DNA of 64,000 bases. It comes from Phoronis australis (lineage: Eukaryota; Animalia; Phoronida). This document shows, in pieces, positions 60,801-64,000 of the stretch (position 1 is the stretch's first letter; each line of letters opens with the position of its first letter). Position numbers and translations under genes: made by a program. The notes under the pieces were generated by a model. It searched no databases and was not told the DNA's origin. It was given only the letters and a program-made list of their open reading frames with translations. The stretch lies in the NCBI GenBank assembly GCA_002633005.1, contig NMRA01000312.1:267850-331849 (forward strand). Reading direction: 5' to 3'.

Positions 60801-63800
60801 TCCTATTTTTGATAGCCCCTAATGCAAAAGTGGAAGATTTAAAAAACAATTCTGTTTTGGCGACCTGTGCATAAAGCATATTATCCGAAAGTTTCTAAGA
60901 GAGAGATACAGAGTCTTGAAGTTGGTCAAATTTAGACATTTCTCTAGGGTCGCACATAACCATAATGAATATTTGTTAATATGAACAACTGTAAAGTACT
61001 ACATTTGGTCACACATTCAAGTGCATTACTGTCAAATTACCGTGAATGAAACGTCTACGTTGCTCAATGGTTCATCCTCTACAGATTTCTGTTTCCTGAG
61101 GTGGGATTTAGTGGTTGATGTCCTCCTATTGGCTGTTGTCAGCTCAGTGGGCATGGTCAGAGTATCAGCATCAGCAGTGATTGGCTGAACCTGGACTTCA
61201 ACACTCTTTGACTTGACTTCTGGAGAACCAGAAGCTGCAGAAGAATAATATTTTGATTGGCAGCAGGCAGGCTCAAAGACATTGTAAATAAATGAGAATA
61301 GCAGTGCCTAAATTTGTGCTTATTAATAAATTAAAAATGGATTCAGATGTTTGGTGCAATGGGTCCGGCTGAGCGGCTTGTGCACGTCTGAAGCAACATG
61401 CATCAAACTGCCTGCACTATTTTCTTAAATTGCAGAATGCTTTTCTATAGAAGCTTAAGTTGAACCATTTGTGAAGAACATTAATTACACGAAAATTCAA
61501 CAGTTCAATAATAAATTCAACAGAAATGACAGCAAGAAGTCGGAGAGAATTAGAAATTATTTTTTTAAAATGAACCACAGCACTTTAAGGGCTATACTTA
61601 TGAGCCGACATTTATAGCACTTGACAACTAACCAGCATCAGGTGACTCCGGGGCACAGTACGACCTCTCCAGGAGAAGGTCATCAGTGTCAAGGTCACCA
61701 TGACGAAACTGTTCGACATCTTGGTCGAAGCTAAGGCAGCTGGTGCGCAGCTTATGACATCGCTTGACAGCATCACCCAGCGTCTTCTCCAGTCCTGATT
61801 TGTTCAACTGAAATGACAAAACTTTCTAGACAAGTCAGGAAAATGTGAATCCAGTTCCTTCACATTCTGATTAGGTGGCGAAACACTTCATTCCGGGTTG
61901 GGCTATTCCAAAGCCATAGAGGGTAAAAACAATCATCTTCTCAGCTAGGACCAATAACCCTTTGTTAAACTGAATTACTTACAAAGGCCAACTGGGACAT
62001 TTGTGTGACTATAAGCAGGGTTCACAAAGAACTACTTTCACTGACCTTGCACGTCAATTTCAAAAGACCTATTGTGTGTGAACTATGTGAGACTTCTGAG
62101 CTTAAAATGGAAAAGAATAAAAGAAGCAGATTTAGGGGGGGAGGGGACATAACCAAAGAAGGGAAAAGAAAAAACAACGCGAGGATGCCACTTTCAAGAC
62201 TTATGCGGACATTTCTCCTCTAAAAATTGTGGTCTGGGTTCCTCCCTTACAACACCTTTGACCTCATCACAAATACTGTCTTCAAGAAAAGAACGGTGCA
62301 ACAATTCAAAGCCCTTCAAATCCTGTCTTGCTGAAATGTCTCGACAGTTAAGGTTATCTCCAACCTTATTTAGTGGCCTCCATTCTAACTTGTATATCAA
62401 AAAAACTAAGCTTTGTCAACTAGTAAAAGTATATATTTTCTGAAATAACAAAGACCAGGAAATATATATATATATACATATCCTTTTTATATTTATAAGC
62501 CATTATTATTTTTGAACGTAAAAACCTTTTTTAAGTCAAAATTTCATTTTTAAGAAAGGTACATTCATACCAAAATAACCCCTCGGTCGATTTTAATGCA
62601 ACCTTTTTTTATTAAAAACTTCACCAGTTACATCAAAAACACTGTTAGGAATTTTCGATTAGTCTGTTCGTTTGGTTTCTTAGACAAATCAACTCATAAA
62701 ATGTAGGGTATTGAAGTCATGTCCGTCTTTGTCACATTACGCAAAAACTTGGCCTTTATATCAAAAATCCTAACAGCGTTTTTGATGACTAAATATTATG
62801 TTTGGGAAGTTTCAGCGAAATCCATCTGGCCGTTTTCGAGAACTAAGTGTTCCTAAGTTCAAACAAAGTTGATTTGCCAAAGCCGAGAAAAAGGCAATTA
62901 AACTGGGACAAGTGAAAATCTCAAAGTCTTCGGTTAACTATTCGGTGAAAACTTGTTTTCGGTACACACAACCTATACAACCTAACTATGTTAGCTATTT
63001 CAACGTTCACTCGCAATGTCAACTGAGTTTGCAGTGCGTAACTAACTTAATTATCATTAAAACCTCAAATAGACGTATTGTTCCCAGCCAACTTTTACTG
63101 TTGTTTACGCCCTACTTTCTAAGTAGCTGGACACAGTTCATAGCCTGTACACGTCACGTGCTGGGAGACTGATACGAAACTAAGTAAGAAATGGATTACA
63201 AAAATCGAATCGGTGGTTAAAGTATGTCGTTAGCATGAGATCGAACATCGAAATATCAACTTAATAATTGAATTAAGGAATTAGGGTGAGGATTTATCTC
63301 TTTTCACAACTTTCTGTGTTCATGACCACAGAGGCCTGAGGCGACTCGTAGCATTCGTTTTCAATGCCAATGGTCGTATGCATGTAGACGCACAACTCCC
63401 TTAAGATCAAAACTTCGTTTTGTCTTTGTTTTCCCTCGCACCATTCCATCATAAGTACACCTCGTTGGCTCAATGTTATGGCGACTGTGAATGAAAGGAC
63501 TGAGGGTATATTAAGCTGTTCTGTACCTGGTGGGAGATTCGATTTAATTGAAAGCCCTTTAACCTTTGACCTTGGATAAGTAGTAAACATATATCCAGGA
63601 GGTTGTGCGGTTCCAAGGTGGTTCTGCTAAATCTTTTTTTTTCGCTATGCGGTACATATTTTGTATTTGAAGTTCCCCGAGAATGAAGATAAGGTATTTT
63701 GCTAGACACAAGTGAAATATTGTAGAAATGGCCAATTTTTATGAATAAGGTTGGAGATAACCTTAAAAAGCTGCATAGTTGTGTCAGGTAGCCCATACAT

Positions 63801-64000
63801 TTTCAACCATTATAAAACGTTATTCTTGAATACAATATTAATCATGGTTACTATGCCAGAAGTTTGAGTGGGACAAAAGTGTATTCACTTTAATTCTTTT
63901 TCACTTGCCTTAAACAACCCATCACATTATGCTGTGTACTTTACCTGATCAGCCAACCATAACTCGGTTCCACTAAATGTCTTCCACCGGCGTGGTACTC
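54814..64000 (-). CDS. 3' part of a spliced gene encoding an unidentified protein with a helical segment followed by a ~700-aa low-complexity S/T/K/E/P-rich (probably disordered) tail
   Basis: Phase-consistent exons: 63945->64000 (VPRRWKTFSGTELWLADQ), 61633-61807 (LNKSGLEKTLGDAVKRCHKLR...; alternative acceptor at 61825), 61041-61234, 55652-57582, 54814-54880 (SESDGDEINSDADSETGYMDN*). Confidence 0.85.
55648..57582 (-). CDS. Large 1.9-kb low-complexity exon of the minus-strand gene
   Basis: 645-codon open frame with a ttccctag acceptor at 57582. It ends at TAA 55648-55650 or at the overlapping GTAAGT donor (exon end 55652). Confidence 0.9.
   Translation of the reverse strand, partial: VQLEQLEGGPVISQVNETSPSNTLADTSQCESSNSTNDRLNVTDEEKSKTTSSPADMLQNDVQALENAQEQSLNNPESQTVESSLVSTHSPLVKSKHRRRSPGEMKFSNSSTSPKFELARPPTREERRRSSGSLPAEKETTRNTAKNDGVKEPMIKKKTPAPTMVELASHYEFSESFTNSRSYTPSPPALQHTIVSPVRKLKTAQELMHVSTRALPGGGLSKAKLKESVQAPVEGNHEVQLPSNEAVMSADTQLLPSVETKSQGVSSVAQETLKVLPDNSEKPPENNKLEHDTSVSKTILCHFKRSPSPQVKEIARKLSSSLAPDLSVKHTPKDLVKSGESSSSKFNKLRDQFASSRPESSDSTDSISRASPGRTVPNRKKSVYEVPKEGTVARAREIFLKHDSDTESPTTAIAGKLSVFDSRERSNSSPVRIVSAKTSPNNAEEGKSSGVPGTGAIIDSREARKEDLCSSAMSSSGLKQTVIATAKNKPLNQEPTQRSKDSAVPKTNSSRATGLSQTETRKDKPTEKSTVDKLKSSDVTKPSNLTPPLAKGEKDIEKKSKTKTSRTKSLDRAKKAFNRIKGQSSTTSEDSKTICHQKSRSTIEEDTYANLSTDEEGEKKQKSRSRFLDRSWIQKGKKFFRVSK
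58753..58911. repeat. 53-bp minisatellite x3
   Basis: TACATTGAATATTACAGAGTGCCTG... starts at 58753, 58806 and 58859. Confidence 0.85.
59176..59714. mobile_element. MITE with ~35-bp G-rich TIRs (PIF/Harbinger-like)
   Basis: GGGCTGTTCCAG(C/T)AAAATCTGT(G/A)TGGGAGGGGGGGGAAGGCA at both ends, inverted. The TSD is imperfect (TCA/AGA). Confidence 0.8.
61041..61234 (-). CDS. Internal exon of the minus-strand gene (ASGSPEVKSKSVEVQ...VDVSFT)
   Basis: ttctgcag acceptor, GTAATT donor, phase 1 to 0. Confidence 0.82.
61633..61807 (-). CDS. Internal exon of the minus-strand gene
   Basis: catttcag acceptor, GTTAG donor, phase 0 to 1. Confidence 0.82.

Noticed and set aside
59970-60965. Possible additional TTAA-type transposon (similar AT-rich blocks at ~22350-23450, ~29350-30230 and ~62400-63280)
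   Set aside because: The texture is transposon-like, but I could not identify matching TIRs or TSDs.

Overview
AT-rich, intron-rich animal (invertebrate-like) genomic DNA with no prokaryotic features. I reconstructed three spliced genes by hand from splice sites and frame phases. (1) A minus-strand CNBD2-like cyclic-nucleotide-binding protein gene has 12 exons at 4161-21244; its 3' end was not found and probably lies left of the window. (2) A complete plus-strand DEDDh RNA exonuclease gene of the REXO5/NEF-sp type has 14 exons at 31268-51251 (~659 aa). (3) The 3' part of a minus-strand gene with a very large Ser/Thr/Lys-rich exon runs from 54814 to beyond 64000. An intronless 439-aa coiled-coil ORF, with a perfect CRE upstream, lies antisense inside an intron of gene 1. 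The rest is a decayed LINE, many MITEs, micro/minisatellites, an N gap and a ~1-kb duplication across a single N that is probably an assembly artefact. The most notable patterns are: ten co-oriented CTCF-consensus motifs spaced ~143 bp apart in an intronic repeat; five hAT-like elements with 5-bp target-site duplications; a MITE carrying five TATCGATA palindromes at exact 21-bp spacing; and the nested antisense gene.
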